Assembly: GCA_050251875.1 (NCBI GenBank)
Contig: JBFWMA010000001.1
Coordinates: forward strand, 186,456 to 250,455
From: Deferribacterales bacterium
GTDB lineage: Bacteria > Chrysiogenota > Deferribacteres > Deferribacterales > Geovibrionaceae
Direction: 5' to 3'
Length of the DNA stretch: 64,000 nucleotides
The notes under the pieces are model-generated. The model ran no database searches. It saw only the letters and a program-made list of their open reading frames with translations, and was not told the DNA's origin. The position numbers and the translations under genes are program-made. Below are positions 19,319-29,591 of this stretch, piece after piece; the first letter of the stretch is position 1, and the number at the start of each line of letters is the position of its first letter.

Positions 19319-20341
19319 ATGGGCAGTCAGCTTCTTGGTGTGGACGCGGGCGCGTCAAACCTTAAGATACTGGAACTGAAAGAGAAGAAAGGTCAGTTCT
19401 CCGTGAAGAATATAGGCTGTGTCAGGATGCCGGCGGATGTTGTCGTGGACGGCATGGTGATGAACCACGAAGCGGCGGCGCAGACTATCAAGGGCTGTCT
19501 GGCGGATATGAAAGGACACGTCAAAGACGCCGCGCTGGGTATGCGGGGTCGTGACGTGGTTGTGAAACGAATAAAATTTCCGTGGAACGGCAAAGGAAAC
19601 TTTCAGGAAAGTTTTCTCTGGGGAGCGGAGCAGTATATAGGCATCAGCGGGAGCAGGGCATCCTTCGACGCTCAGCTTCTGGGATACGACAGCGCATCCG
19701 GAATAGCGGACGCTGTGGTGGCGGCGGCATATCAGGAGAAGGTGGCGGATTGTGTCAGCATGGCTCACCTCGCCGGGCTGAAGCCCGTGGTGGTGGATAT
19801 AGAGGCGCTGGCTCTGGTTAACCTCTCCATAGCTATGCACGGGATAAAAAAACACCCCAACGCCATAGTGGACATAGGACACGACTGCACCAATATCGTT
19901 TTTTATGACAACGGATATGTGGATATGGTGAAATCTCTTCCGAAAGGGTGTAAATTTCTTATGGAGGAGATGGCTCAGGATATGGATATAGATATGGCTA
20001 AGGCGGCGAGCGTGATCCGGGATCAGGAAGCCATGAGCAACGATGTGGACGCCCAGGCGGCATCGATGTCTTTCGGCGGCGGACTGGGAGCGGAGATAGA
20101 AACCGCCGTGGAGATATATATCGAGGACAAGAGGAAGGAACCGGTGGATTTCTACATCTGCGGCGCCGGAGCCTATGTCCCCGGAATTGTCAGCCAGATG
20201 GAGATAGCCATGAAGGTGGCTGTGTCTTATCTCGATCCGTTTAAGATGATCGATCTTCCCGCTTCAATGAAAACATACGCTGACCAGCTCGGACCCGCGG
20301 CTTTTGCCGTGGCGGCGGGGCTGGCCATGAGAAAAGCATGA
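19319..20341 (+). CDS. pilM: Type IV pilus assembly PilM-like actin-fold protein
   Basis: GVDAGASNLK, AGLKPVVVDIEALAL, VDIG, FAVAAGLAMR. Confidence 0.8.
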   Translation: MGSQLLGVDAGASNLKILELKEKKGQFSVKNIGCVRMPADVVVDGMVMNHEAAAQTIKGCLADMKGHVKDAALGMRGRDVVVKRIKFPWNGKGNFQESFLWGAEQYIGISGSRASFDAQLLGYDSASGIADAVVAAAYQEKVADCVSMAHLAGLKPVVVDIEALALVNLSIAMHGIKKHPNAIVDIGHDCTNIVFYDNGYVDMVKSLPKGCKFLMEEMAQDMDIDMAKAASVIRDQEAMSNDVDAQAASMSFGGGLGAEIETAVEIYIEDKRKEPVDFYICGAGAYVPGIVSQMEIAMKVAVSYLDPFKMIDLPASMKTYADQLGPAAFAVAAGLAMRKA

Positions 20342-21360
20342 TAAAAAAAGCACTGTTGATAATATTCGCTCTGATACTGATATCCTGCGGGGCGAAACCG
20401 AAGCCGGAACCTGTGGAAGCTCAGCCTGAACAGCTGAAAAAAGACGAGGTGCGGGTGGACGTTTCGTCTGTGAGGGACGACAAGAAACTCAATTTCGACA
20501 TAGCCATAGGCTCGAACGAGTTTGAATATACGGCAGAACTGAGCGCCAGCGGCAGAAAAGCCGTGGTGATTCTGAAAAACAACAAATATAAAATGGGCAA
20601 CCTGGACATAGGCAGACCCGTTTCAAAATTCGACATTACCGATTCCGAGAACGGAATGAAGTTCGAAATATATCTAGCCAATAAGAGCACCATGGAGCAG
20701 GAGCGCACCGGAAACTGGATTAGGCTCACCTTCAGGGCTCTGGAGCCGGACATGGAGATGGCTGCCATGGCGCAGTTCGGTCCGTGGATCAGACCTCTGC
20801 TGGCGGCTTCTGTGTACAGAGGCGTGAGCAACAGCGAGAACTTTTCACAGCTGATGTTCGACAGCTATCCCGCCTATGCTTACGGCAAAGTCGGCAAAAA
20901 GTATTATCTGGATATCTTCGGCGTAAAGATTCCCGCCGGAAACCTGAAACATAAAAACGTATCCGCTGTAACAACACCGGAAGGCAAAACGAGAATCGTT
21001 CTGAAATCCCCCACAGATTTCTGCGTGGATAACTTCAACATAACTCTGGGGAAAAAATGCGGCGGCTATAACAGCCTGTTCGGATTCAGAAAAGAGATCA
21101 AGAAGGGGAGCGAGTCCTTCAGCTTTAACCTGACAGGTCACCCGCCTGTTTTTGAGAAGAAGATGAAGGGGCTGTCCGCTTTCGGCATCAAAAATGTAAA
21201 ACTTTTCGGCGAAGGCATGCAGAGATATGAGGACGACAGGGTTTATAAGGTTGAAACCCGCTTCATAGACGATATGGTCTGGCTGGTTTTTCTGCACGAA
21301 CCGGAGATGACATACGACTACTATTACAAAGGCGATAAATTCTTTATCGTTTTCCATTAA
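20338..21360 (+). CDS. Hypothetical lipoprotein (beta-rich, possibly AMIN-like)
   Basis: Lipobox LISC; overlapping start with pilM. Confidence 0.65.
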   Translation: MIKKALLIIFALILISCGAKPKPEPVEAQPEQLKKDEVRVDVSSVRDDKKLNFDIAIGSNEFEYTAELSASGRKAVVILKNNKYKMGNLDIGRPVSKFDITDSENGMKFEIYLANKSTMEQERTGNWIRLTFRALEPDMEMAAMAQFGPWIRPLLAASVYRGVSNSENFSQLMFDSYPAYAYGKVGKKYYLDIFGVKIPAGNLKHKNVSAVTTPEGKTRIVLKSPTDFCVDNFNITLGKKCGGYNSLFGFRKEIKKGSESFSFNLTGHPPVFEKKMKGLSAFGIKNVKLFGEGMQRYEDDRVYKVETRFIDDMVWLVFLHEPEMTYDYYYKGDKFFIVFH

Positions 21361-21370
21361 GCGTGGCTGA

Positions 21371-22504
21371 ATGAAACTGATGATAATAGCCGGGGAAAAA
21401 TCCGGCGACAACCACGCCGGAGAGATGCTCTCCGCTCTGAAAAAACTGACGGACGTGGAGTGTTCTGGAACAGGCGGCAGTCTGCTCCGGTCGCTCGGAC
21501 AGAAGCAGTTCTATGATATCAACGAAATGAACGCCATAGGGCTGGGCGAGGCTCTTCAGAAGATTCCTTTTCTGCTGAAGGTGAAAGACAGGCTGATAGC
21601 CGAGTTGAAAAACGACCGTCCGGACGCCGTGGTTCTGGTGGACTATCCCGGGTTTAACCTGCGCTTTGCCAGATATGTGAGAGAGCTGGGAATCCCCGTT
21701 ATCTATTACATCTCCCCCACTTTCTGGGTGTGGAACTATAAACGTGTGCATAAGCTCAGAAAATACTGCGGGCTGGTGATGTGCATCTATCCCTTCGAGC
21801 CGGAAACGCTGAAAAAAGAGGGCGTGAACGCCGTATATGTCGGCAATCCGCTCACATCACAGATCAGTTTTAAATGCGCCGACAGGGAAGAATATCTGAA
21901 AAAAGGCGGTTTTGACGGACAGAAACGCCTGATAGGTCTTCTGCCGGGAAGCAGGAGAAAAGAGGTGAAGTCGCTTCTGCCCGTGATGGTGCAGGCGGCT
22001 AAGGCTCTGCCCGAGTATGACTATGTGGTGGGCGTGGCAGACACCATAGATGAGAAGAGCGTCAGAGAGATGATAAAGGGGACTAATATCAGACTCGCCA
22101 CGGGGCTGACCCACGATATTATGAAATATTCCGATATACTCTGGGTGTGCTCCGGCACAGCCACTCTGGAATCGGCTCTCATCGGAACGCCTATGATTCT
22201 GATGTATAAGGCGGGTGCTGTGACATACGCTCTGGGCAGACTGCTGGTACGTGTGAAATATATCGGCATGCCGAACATCATTATGAACAGGACGGTGATT
22301 CCTGAGCTGATACAGTCGGACGCCACCGCTAACACTCTGGTAAGGTTTACCGAAAAAATAGAGGAGAGTTACGAAACCGTTAAGGATGATCTGAGGAAAG
22401 TCGCCTCATATTTTCCGGATACGGACGCTTCCGCTAACGCCGCAAAGGAAATTTATTCCTTTATTTCACACAGAAAACAGGAAAATAATTCCATCGGCAG
22501 CTAA
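21371..22504 (+). CDS. lpxB: Lipid-A-disaccharide synthase
   Basis: AGEKSGD, VDYPGFN, LLPGSR, SGTATLE, PELIQ. Confidence 0.96.
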   Translation: MKLMIIAGEKSGDNHAGEMLSALKKLTDVECSGTGGSLLRSLGQKQFYDINEMNAIGLGEALQKIPFLLKVKDRLIAELKNDRPDAVVLVDYPGFNLRFARYVRELGIPVIYYISPTFWVWNYKRVHKLRKYCGLVMCIYPFEPETLKKEGVNAVYVGNPLTSQISFKCADREEYLKKGGFDGQKRLIGLLPGSRRKEVKSLLPVMVQAAKALPEYDYVVGVADTIDEKSVREMIKGTNIRLATGLTHDIMKYSDILWVCSGTATLESALIGTPMILMYKAGAVTYALGRLLVRVKYIGMPNIIMNRTVIPELIQSDATANTLVRFTEKIEESYETVKDDLRKVASYFPDTDASANAAKEIYSFISHRKQENNSIGS

Positions 22505-22579
22505 GGCAAAAACTTTAGTTCTTTTTTATCCGTCCAATCTATCAATACTTTATCTTCTGTGGTTTCCCGCCATGAATAA

Positions 22580-22596
22580 CTGGCACAGTATTTTCT
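22580..22596 (+). promoter_or_regulatory. Putative sigma54 (-24/-12) promoter of fliK-flgD-flgE
   Basis: CTGGCACAGTATTTTCT vs consensus YTGGCACGRNNNTTGCW, with a G>T change in the -12 box. Confidence 0.55.
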
Positions 22597-22619
22597 AATA
22601 TCTTCGTCGGAGGTGTCCG

Positions 22620-24041
22620 ATGGAGAATCTTTCCATATTAAAACTTTTCAGTTCCTCAGTAAAAACAGATACCGCTAAAAATGCGGGCTCTTCATCGTCA
22701 GCTTCGTCAGCGCTGTCGTCTTTTTCCGCCGGAGCGGATTCAGAATCAGCGTTCGAGGATGTTTTCAGATCCTATCTGGATAAGACGGATGCTTCCTCTG
22801 GTATTCAGATGGCAGAAAGCAGACAGACGGCTGCAAAGATAGAAAAACAGGTCAAATCAGAATTGTCTAAAACAGATACCGCCGATTCGTCCGACACAGA
22901 AAACACGCTGGGCTCTATAGCGTCCGGTGAGGACAACTCTCAGAAAACAGCGGAAACGCCCGAAGAGGTTATCGATGGTCTGGATGTTTCAGACGAAGTG
23001 AAAGAAAATCTTAAAAAAATGCTCGCCGAAATGGAAACTTCCGATGATGTGGACGCCTTTGTGCAGGAGCTTCTGGCTTCTATGCAGGCGGCTGGAATGA
23101 CAGTGGATCAGGTGGAGACAGCTCTCACGGAGATGGCGGCTTCTCTTCTGGACGGAACATCAGAGATAGTTTCTCCCGCTGTGACATCAGCGGTGGTTGA
23201 GAAGGTTCTGGACAGCATAGTTCAGCTTCAGAATACACAGAAAAATCCCGAGGCGCTCTTTGTGATGCCGGAAGAGGCGGAAGAATCCACTCTTCAGCAG
23301 AAGCTCACAGTGATTAATCAGATCAGAGAGGACAACGAGACAGAAGAGGTTAAGCTGGACGCCGAACTCCACAGCTCGAGACCCGATGAACTGAAAAACG
23401 CCGAAGCGGAAGCGGCAGATGAGCAGACAGCTCCCGAAAAGATAGTGAAAGCGGAAGCCGAGCCTGTGGAAGTCAAGACGGCGGATGCCTCAGAGACTGA
23501 GACAGCGGCAGACGACAATGTGATAGAGCTGGCTGTGAAAAAGACAGACACCAATACCAAGTCTGATTCTCAGACGAGTGACTTTACCGCCAGAACACCT
23601 TTTACAGAAAAGGTGATAACAGCGGAGATCAAAATAGAAAAACCGCAGGATATAATGAAGTTCGCCGAGCTGGTGGAGATAGCGAAAAATCAGAACGCTA
23701 CCAAAATCAACATTCAGCTTAATCCGGCGGATCTGGGCAGAGTCAGCATAGAGCTGACAGACAATGCGGGCAAGATAACAGGCAAGGTGACCTTTGAGTC
23801 AGACACAGCCAAGAACATATTCGCCGCTAACATAGACAGCTTTAAACAGCAGCTGGCGGAAAAAGGGATAACAGTGGAAAACCTCGAATTCCTTTTCAAA
23901 GATTTCGACCAGCATCAGTTCGCCGGATGGGACAACAAACAGAACAAGAACGGCGGATCATCTGACGGAACTGTAGCGGGAATATCAGCGGATGAGGAAT
24001 CGGGTTCTGAAGCGAACGATGATTCCGTAATATACGCCTGA
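22620..24041 (+). CDS. fliK: Flagellar hook-length control protein
   Basis: Acidic low-complexity N-terminus; C-terminal IQLNPADLGRVSI; upstream of flgD. Confidence 0.88.
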   Translation: MENLSILKLFSSSVKTDTAKNAGSSSSASSALSSFSAGADSESAFEDVFRSYLDKTDASSGIQMAESRQTAAKIEKQVKSELSKTDTADSSDTENTLGSIASGEDNSQKTAETPEEVIDGLDVSDEVKENLKKMLAEMETSDDVDAFVQELLASMQAAGMTVDQVETALTEMAASLLDGTSEIVSPAVTSAVVEKVLDSIVQLQNTQKNPEALFVMPEEAEESTLQQKLTVINQIREDNETEEVKLDAELHSSRPDELKNAEAEAADEQTAPEKIVKAEAEPVEVKTADASETETAADDNVIELAVKKTDTNTKSDSQTSDFTARTPFTEKVITAEIKIEKPQDIMKFAELVEIAKNQNATKINIQLNPADLGRVSIELTDNAGKITGKVTFESDTAKNIFAANIDSFKQQLAEKGITVENLEFLFKDFDQHQFAGWDNKQNKNGGSSDGTVAGISADEESGSEANDDSVIYA

Positions 24042-24058
24042 CAGGCAGGAGAACGAAA

Positions 24059-24751
24059 ATGTTAGTCTCTAGCACAAGTGTTGATACAAGCACATACGAT
24101 AAGTCAAAGCTGGATGTGGACAACAACCACGGGACTATGACTCAGGAAGACTTTCTGGCGCTGTTCATCACACAGCTTCAGAATCAGGATCCCACTGAGC
24201 CTCTGGATACATCAGACATGATGGACCAGACAGCCACATTCACACAGATTGAAACCATGACAACCATGAGCGAGAACATAGAGGATATGGTTAATTCTAT
24301 GGACGATATGTCCAGCTCGATGCAGATGTCCTCTGCCACCAGCGTTATCGGAATGGTTATGGAATATGAAGGCAATACTACAACTCTTACTGAGGGCGGA
24401 GCCGCTCTTGAGTTCGAGGTGGCAAGCGTGCCGGAGAAATGTACTGTGGTTATCAGGGATGAGAAGGGTAATTTCATCAACTCATTCAGCCCCGCAGTAA
24501 ATGACACCGGAAAACAATATATTATCTGGGACGGAACAGACGCAGACGGCAATGCTATGGACACAGGTCCTTACAAATTCACTGTAACCGCATATGACGC
24601 TAACGGTGAAAAGATTGACGTTACCGAATACGGCAACGGTCAGGTAACAGGGGTCACTGTCGAAGACGGCGGCATTGTTTACGAGGTGGACGGAGAGTTC
24701 GAAGTGGCAGCTGAAGATGTTATCTCCGTCAGAGACGCGAGTCTTCTGTAA
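24059..24751 (+). CDS. flgD: Flagellar hook capping protein
   Basis: FLALFITQLQNQDPTEP, WDGTD..G. Confidence 0.95.
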   Translation: MLVSSTSVDTSTYDKSKLDVDNNHGTMTQEDFLALFITQLQNQDPTEPLDTSDMMDQTATFTQIETMTTMSENIEDMVNSMDDMSSSMQMSSATSVIGMVMEYEGNTTTLTEGGAALEFEVASVPEKCTVVIRDEKGNFINSFSPAVNDTGKQYIIWDGTDADGNAMDTGPYKFTVTAYDANGEKIDVTEYGNGQVTGVTVEDGGIVYEVDGEFEVAAEDVISVRDASLL

Positions 24752-24767
24752 TTAACGAGGTGCAGTT

Positions 24768-27287
24768 ATGATGAGATCACTCTACTCAGCCATCAGCGGT
24801 CTGAGTGTAAACCAACAGGCAATGGACGTTCTGGGTAACAACATATCGAACGTTAACACCGTGGGATTTAAAGCGGGCAGAGCTGTTTTTCAGGATATGC
24901 TCAGCCAGACCGTCTCCGCGGGAACATCGGCAACCAGTACAACAGGAAGCACAAACCCCGACCAGATCGGTCTTGGTTCTGTTCTCGCCTCTGTAACAAA
25001 CATATTTACATCAGGTACCATGCAGACAACTGACGTGGATACCGACCTCGCTATTCAGGGTAACGGATTTTTTATCCTGAGCGGCGATTCCACCAACGAG
25101 TTCCTGTATACCAGAGCGGGCGATTTCGGCTTCGACTCTGCCGGAAACCTGGTGTCTTCATCCGGATATAATGTTCAGGGATGGATGACCGACCCCGAGA
25201 CAGGCGTTCTGAACACTGACACCACTGTTGACGATATCGCCATCGGCGATGCCTATCAGGCGGTGGAAGCGAAGGCCACATCTCAGGTGGCGGTAGAGGG
25301 TGTTCTCAGTACAGACGCTGACTCCAGCGTTCTGGAATTCCCCACTTTCCTCCACTATGCGGACTCAAACGACAGCATATACAATGTTTACAGCTCCAGC
25401 GGCGTTCTGATGGATCTCTCTGAAGACGAGGGTATCACCATTAAGGCGCATGCCACAGACATCACAGACATGAGCAAAATCTATAACGACTCAGACGTGA
25501 ATCTGGCGATTTCAGAATCACCCACCCTGATGATTTATATCAACGGTACAGCTCATTCATATACATACCCCGCTGATTTCTCCACACTGGGCGATCTGGC
25601 AGCAACAATCGAGACAGAGCTTGATACCGCCGCCGGTACAGTGGGCGATTTCACAGTGGGCATCAGCAACGGTACTCTGACAGTAACCAGAAACGCCGTA
25701 ACTATCGCCGGTTCAGATGTGTCTATCGACTCATTCAGCGGTTCATCCCGTCTGGCGGTTGTAATGTCTGATCTCGCCGGAACATACGATGACGCAGGCG
25801 ACAGCAACACCAGTGATGAGTTCTTCTTCGAAGACAAAATATATGTGGGCAGGGATTTCGAAACACTGAACGAACTCGCCTCAGAAATAGAAGCCGCCAT
25901 TGACGGCAATGTTATCCTTTCCACAGAATTCGGCACAATATATGACGAAGACCTCGGTCAGTTCGTTTATACCGTGGATGCGGCATCTACCCGCAACCTT
26001 TCCGGTTTCTCTCTGGACAAGGCATATACCGGAACTGATTTCGAAAACAACATAGTAGCCGCAGGCTCCACAACAATAGCCGCAGGCTCATCCGGATACA
26101 GTGAGGTGTTCCTCAGAGAGGCGCAGGACAGTGACACTCTGAACGAGCTGTATACCAGCGCCGGACATTCTCTGGGTCTGGACGCCTCAGCTATTCTGTC
26201 ATTCAACGCCTCCATAGGCGGGGACGCCCTGACAACAACAGGCTCTCTGTCTGTTCTGAAGGTGGCGGATGACCCGCTGACTCCTCTGATAGATGAAACA
26301 CAGTATGCCACTCTTCAGGATCTCCGTAAGACGCTGGCGACATATCTTGGATATTCCACATCATCAGAGAGCGCCATTCAGGAGCACATCGGCAGTTTTG
26401 ACAAAAACAGCGGAAAACTTGTTATCACAAGTAACGAAGGCGAGTCCAACGGTATCGACTTCATCACATTCGATGTGACAGGCAGCGGTACCTACAACAC
26501 CTTCTATGACTACTATGACTATACAACGACACAGGAAGCGTCCGGCGGTGTCGTGACAACATCACAGACCATCTATGACGCTCAGGGTAACGAACACACA
26601 CTGACATACACATTCGAGCTGGTGGATTCCAACGCCAATACATGGAAGATGTCCGTGACAACCCCCGAATCCGATGTGGACGTGTCATTTAACGAAACAT
26701 CAGGCGACAGCGTGTATCTGCACTTCAATAATAACGGTTCTTTCAACTATATCTCCAGCGAGAGCGGAGCGAGAATCACAGACCTCTCCCTGAACGTTGA
26801 CCCCAACAACGGAGCGGGCGTAATCAGCGGAATTTCAGTGGATCTGGGTTCTTCTTCCAAGTTTGACGGAATATATCTGTCATCCGGCGAAGGCGGTATA
26901 GAGCAGACCACACAGGACGGATATCCCACAGGTACGCTGAGCGAAGTGCTCTTCAATACATCCGGTGAGATCATCGGTTACTATACCAACGGCGAGGTGG
27001 CTGTTCTGGGTCAGGTGGCACTTGCCACTTTCGACAACAGCAACGGTCTTTTGAAAGTGGGCGATACCACATTCCAGGCGACTACCAGCTCCGGAGAGCC
27101 CTCCATAGGAACAGCCGGAACAGGTGACAGAGGCGACATAGCCTCAGGCGTTCTGGAGAACTCAAACGTGGATCTCTCCAAAGAATTTGTGAACATGATC
27201 ACCACAGAGAGGGGCTTCCAGGCGAACTCAAGGGTTATTACCACCTCTGACGAAATGCTTCAGGAACTTCTCAGTCTGAAACGTTAA
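24768..27287 (+). CDS. flgE: Flagellar hook protein (long form, 839 aa)
   Basis: SAISGL, GNNISNVNTVGFK, YTRAGDF, LENSNVDLSKEF...RGFQANS. Confidence 0.95.
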   Translation: MMRSLYSAISGLSVNQQAMDVLGNNISNVNTVGFKAGRAVFQDMLSQTVSAGTSATSTTGSTNPDQIGLGSVLASVTNIFTSGTMQTTDVDTDLAIQGNGFFILSGDSTNEFLYTRAGDFGFDSAGNLVSSSGYNVQGWMTDPETGVLNTDTTVDDIAIGDAYQAVEAKATSQVAVEGVLSTDADSSVLEFPTFLHYADSNDSIYNVYSSSGVLMDLSEDEGITIKAHATDITDMSKIYNDSDVNLAISESPTLMIYINGTAHSYTYPADFSTLGDLAATIETELDTAAGTVGDFTVGISNGTLTVTRNAVTIAGSDVSIDSFSGSSRLAVVMSDLAGTYDDAGDSNTSDEFFFEDKIYVGRDFETLNELASEIEAAIDGNVILSTEFGTIYDEDLGQFVYTVDAASTRNLSGFSLDKAYTGTDFENNIVAAGSTTIAAGSSGYSEVFLREAQDSDTLNELYTSAGHSLGLDASAILSFNASIGGDALTTTGSLSVLKVADDPLTPLIDETQYATLQDLRKTLATYLGYSTSSESAIQEHIGSFDKNSGKLVITSNEGESNGIDFITFDVTGSGTYNTFYDYYDYTTTQEASGGVVTTSQTIYDAQGNEHTLTYTFELVDSNANTWKMSVTTPESDVDVSFNETSGDSVYLHFNNNGSFNYISSESGARITDLSLNVDPNNGAGVISGISVDLGSSSKFDGIYLSSGEGGIEQTTQDGYPTGTLSEVLFNTSGEIIGYYTNGEVAVLGQVALATFDNSNGLLKVGDTTFQATTSSGEPSIGTAGTGDRGDIASGVLENSNVDLSKEFVNMITTERGFQANSRVITTSDEMLQELLSLKR

Positions 27288-27301
27288 TCTTAAAAATATC
27301 T

Positions 27302-27334
27302 AAAAGGCCGTGAAAAACAATTCACGGCCTTTTT
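27302..27334 (+). terminator. Intrinsic terminator after flgE
   Basis: AAAAGGCCGTGAA-N6-TTCACGGCCTTTT perfect inverted repeat. Confidence 0.9.
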
Positions 27335-27478
27335 ATCATTGTAGTTCAATATTATTTCTGTTGACTGAACCCTTGATAATCCTGTATTCTAATAGATAAT
27401 TATAAGACTGTCCCTGACGTGCGCCCACAAATGGGCTATGTCTGCGCGGCAATCCAGCTTTAATTGTACGGAGTGACT

Positions 27479-28243
27479 ATGGATATAGCTACACTAATCG
27501 GCGCTGTCGTTGCGTATGCTCTTGTTCTTGCGGCTATTGTTATGGGTGCCGGTCTTGGACCGTACATAGACATTCCGTCTGTTCTTATCGTTATCGGCGG
27601 TGTTTCCGGGCTTGTGATGATGTGCTATCCCATGGACAAGGTCGTGGGGTTTGTCAAAGTTGTTCTTAAAACCATCAAATACCCTATGGATGACGCTCCC
27701 AAGCTGATAGCCCAGCTTGTTGAGTTCGCCGTGAAAGCGAGAAGGGACGGTATCCTCTCTCTGGAATCAGCCGGAGACGAAGTGGCGGATGAATTCTTAA
27801 AAAAAGGCATCAGGCTCGCCGTGGACGGCACAGAGCCTGAGGTTATCAAAAATATTCTGGAAACTGAACTCAACTACATGGGTGAAAGGCACAAGGCGGG
27901 AGCGGGGCTTCTGGGAGCGATGGTGGACTATGGTCCTGCGATGGGTATGATCGGTACTCTGGTGGGTCTGGTGGCGATGCTCCAGACTATGGACGATCCC
28001 TCCTCTATTGGTCCTGCGATGGCTGTCGCGCTGCTTACCACCTTTTACGGAGCGATGATGGCGAACATGTTCGCAGGTCCTCTGAAGGTGAAGCTGGAGT
28101 TCAGATCATCTCAGGAAGTGATCCTCAGAGAGATCATGATCGCCGGGATCATGGCTATTCAGGCGGGCGACAACCCCAGAATCGTGGAGCAGAAGCTGAA
28201 CGCTTATCTGTCCCCCGGTCAGCGGAAGTCCCAGTTTGATTAA
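27479..28243 (+). CDS. motA: Flagellar stator A subunit (PomA/MotP-like)
   Basis: ARRDGILSLE, GPAMGMIGTL, ALLTTFYG, GDNPR; start at ATG 27479 after GGAG. Confidence 0.94.
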   Translation: MDIATLIGAVVAYALVLAAIVMGAGLGPYIDIPSVLIVIGGVSGLVMMCYPMDKVVGFVKVVLKTIKYPMDDAPKLIAQLVEFAVKARRDGILSLESAGDEVADEFLKKGIRLAVDGTEPEVIKNILETELNYMGERHKAGAGLLGAMVDYGPAMGMIGTLVGLVAMLQTMDDPSSIGPAMAVALLTTFYGAMMANMFAGPLKVKLEFRSSQEVILREIMIAGIMAIQAGDNPRIVEQKLNAYLSPGQRKSQFD

Positions 28244-28299
28244 TGAACTCAGAGGCGTCATTGCGCGTCTTTGTTTTATCTAAACGGAGCAGTCGTTAA

Positions 28300-29058
28300 A
28301 TGGGTGAAAAAAAATGCCCCGAGTGCAAGCCGGGAGCCCCTCTGTGGATGGCGACATTCACGGATATGAACCAGCTACTTCTGACGTTCTTCATCCTTCT
28401 TCTGTCTATGGCATCTATGGACAAGAGAAAGATCAAGGTCGCGCTGGGGTCTCTTCAGGGTTCTCTGGGGGTTTTGAAAGAGGGCTCGCAGACAGAGCTT
28501 ACCAATAACGATATCATGTCCCGTCTTTCCTTCGTTCAGAATGTCAAAAACATGAAGCAGAGAATAAGCCAGAGCATGAAAGAATATGCCAAGCAGGCTC
28601 AGCTTCAGCAGAATATAACCATCTCCGAATCGAAAAAAGGGGTGTCCGTCAGGATTATGGACAGCACTCTCTTTGATGCGGGCAGCGCGGAGATACGTCC
28701 GGACGCTTATCCTCTTCTGGACAAGCTGGCGGCGGTGATAGCCGAGTCTCCCTTTGACGTTATGGTGGAGGGACACACAGACGATATACCGATAAACACC
28801 GCTATGTTCAGCTCCAACTGGGAGCTGTCCACAGCCAGAGCTGTGGCGGTGGTAAAATATTTTATTAATAAAGAAGTGGAGCCGATGAAGCTCTCAGCCG
28901 CAGGATACGCTGAGAATCACCCGGTGACACCGAACATCAGCCCGGAGAGCAGAGCCAAAAACAGGCGTGTTGAGATCAATTTCATCAGTCCTGAGCTGGC
29001 GGAATCAAACAAAAATCTCTTCGACGCGGAAGAAGAAAACACCCAAGGAGGACAGTAA
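28300..29058 (+). CDS. motB: Flagellar stator B subunit (PomB/MotS-like)
   Basis: WMATFTD TM; OmpA-like EGHTDD, SNWELSTARA, NRRVEI. Confidence 0.95.
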   Translation: MGEKKCPECKPGAPLWMATFTDMNQLLLTFFILLLSMASMDKRKIKVALGSLQGSLGVLKEGSQTELTNNDIMSRLSFVQNVKNMKQRISQSMKEYAKQAQLQQNITISESKKGVSVRIMDSTLFDAGSAEIRPDAYPLLDKLAAVIAESPFDVMVEGHTDDIPINTAMFSSNWELSTARAVAVVKYFINKEVEPMKLSAAGYAENHPVTPNISPESRAKNRRVEINFISPELAESNKNLFDAEEENTQGGQ

Positions 29059-29585
29059 TGGCAGCCGAAGAAGAAAAGACGCCCGAAGAGGGCGGGGCGA
29101 AAAAGAAGAAAGGCGGAAAACTGAAGCTCATTATTATCCTTGTCGTACTTCTTGTAATATTAGGCGGCGGCGGATTTGTGGCTTATAAAATATTTTTAGC
29201 GCCGAAAGGCGATCAGGCGGCGGACCAAGTGAAGAAAGCCGCTGCGCCCGTGGTTTCCAACGAGATAGGCGAGCTCTATCCTCTGGAAACATTCATCGTG
29301 AATATGATGGACAACGAAGGCACCAGATATCTGAAAGTGACCATCCAGCTGGAACTCCAGGCGGGGAACGAAAAAGCCTCAGCCGAGCTTAAGCTGGAGC
29401 TGGATAAACGTATTCCTCAGCTCAGAGACGCCATACTCACCATTCTCGCTTCGAAAAGATACGAGGAAGTGAGCTCGGCTCAGGGCAAGCTGATCCTGAA
29501 ACAGGAGATCCTGCGCAGGGTTAATTCTCTGCTGACGAAGGGTCAGATATCAAACGTATATTTTACAGAATTTGTATCACAGTAG
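29058..29585 (+). CDS. fliL: Flagellar basal body-associated protein
   Basis: Single TM; FIVNM, RYLKV, PQLRDAI, VYFTEFV. Confidence 0.93.
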   Translation: MAAEEEKTPEEGGAKKKKGGKLKLIIILVVLLVILGGGGFVAYKIFLAPKGDQAADQVKKAAAPVVSNEIGELYPLETFIVNMMDNEGTRYLKVTIQLELQAGNEKASAELKLELDKRIPQLRDAILTILASKRYEEVSSAQGKLILKQEILRRVNSLLTKGQISNVYFTEFVSQ

Positions 29586-29591
29586 GAACAT

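Noticed and set aside
27405..27460. Hairpin GCCCA-CAAA-TGGGC upstream of motA as a c-di-GMP riboswitch
   Set aside because: Lacks the GGCAAA/GNRA-receptor architecture of c-di-GMP-I; only a 5-bp stem
28244..28299. Weak hairpin plus T-run between motA and motB
   Set aside because: The stem is interrupted by mismatches; insufficient support for a terminator
28307..28314. A8/T8 homopolymers (motB 5' end; also ~10841, ~45514, ~51711) as phase-variation tracts
   Set aside because: Short A/T runs are expected from Lys/Phe codons; all frames are intact and there are no long G/C tracts
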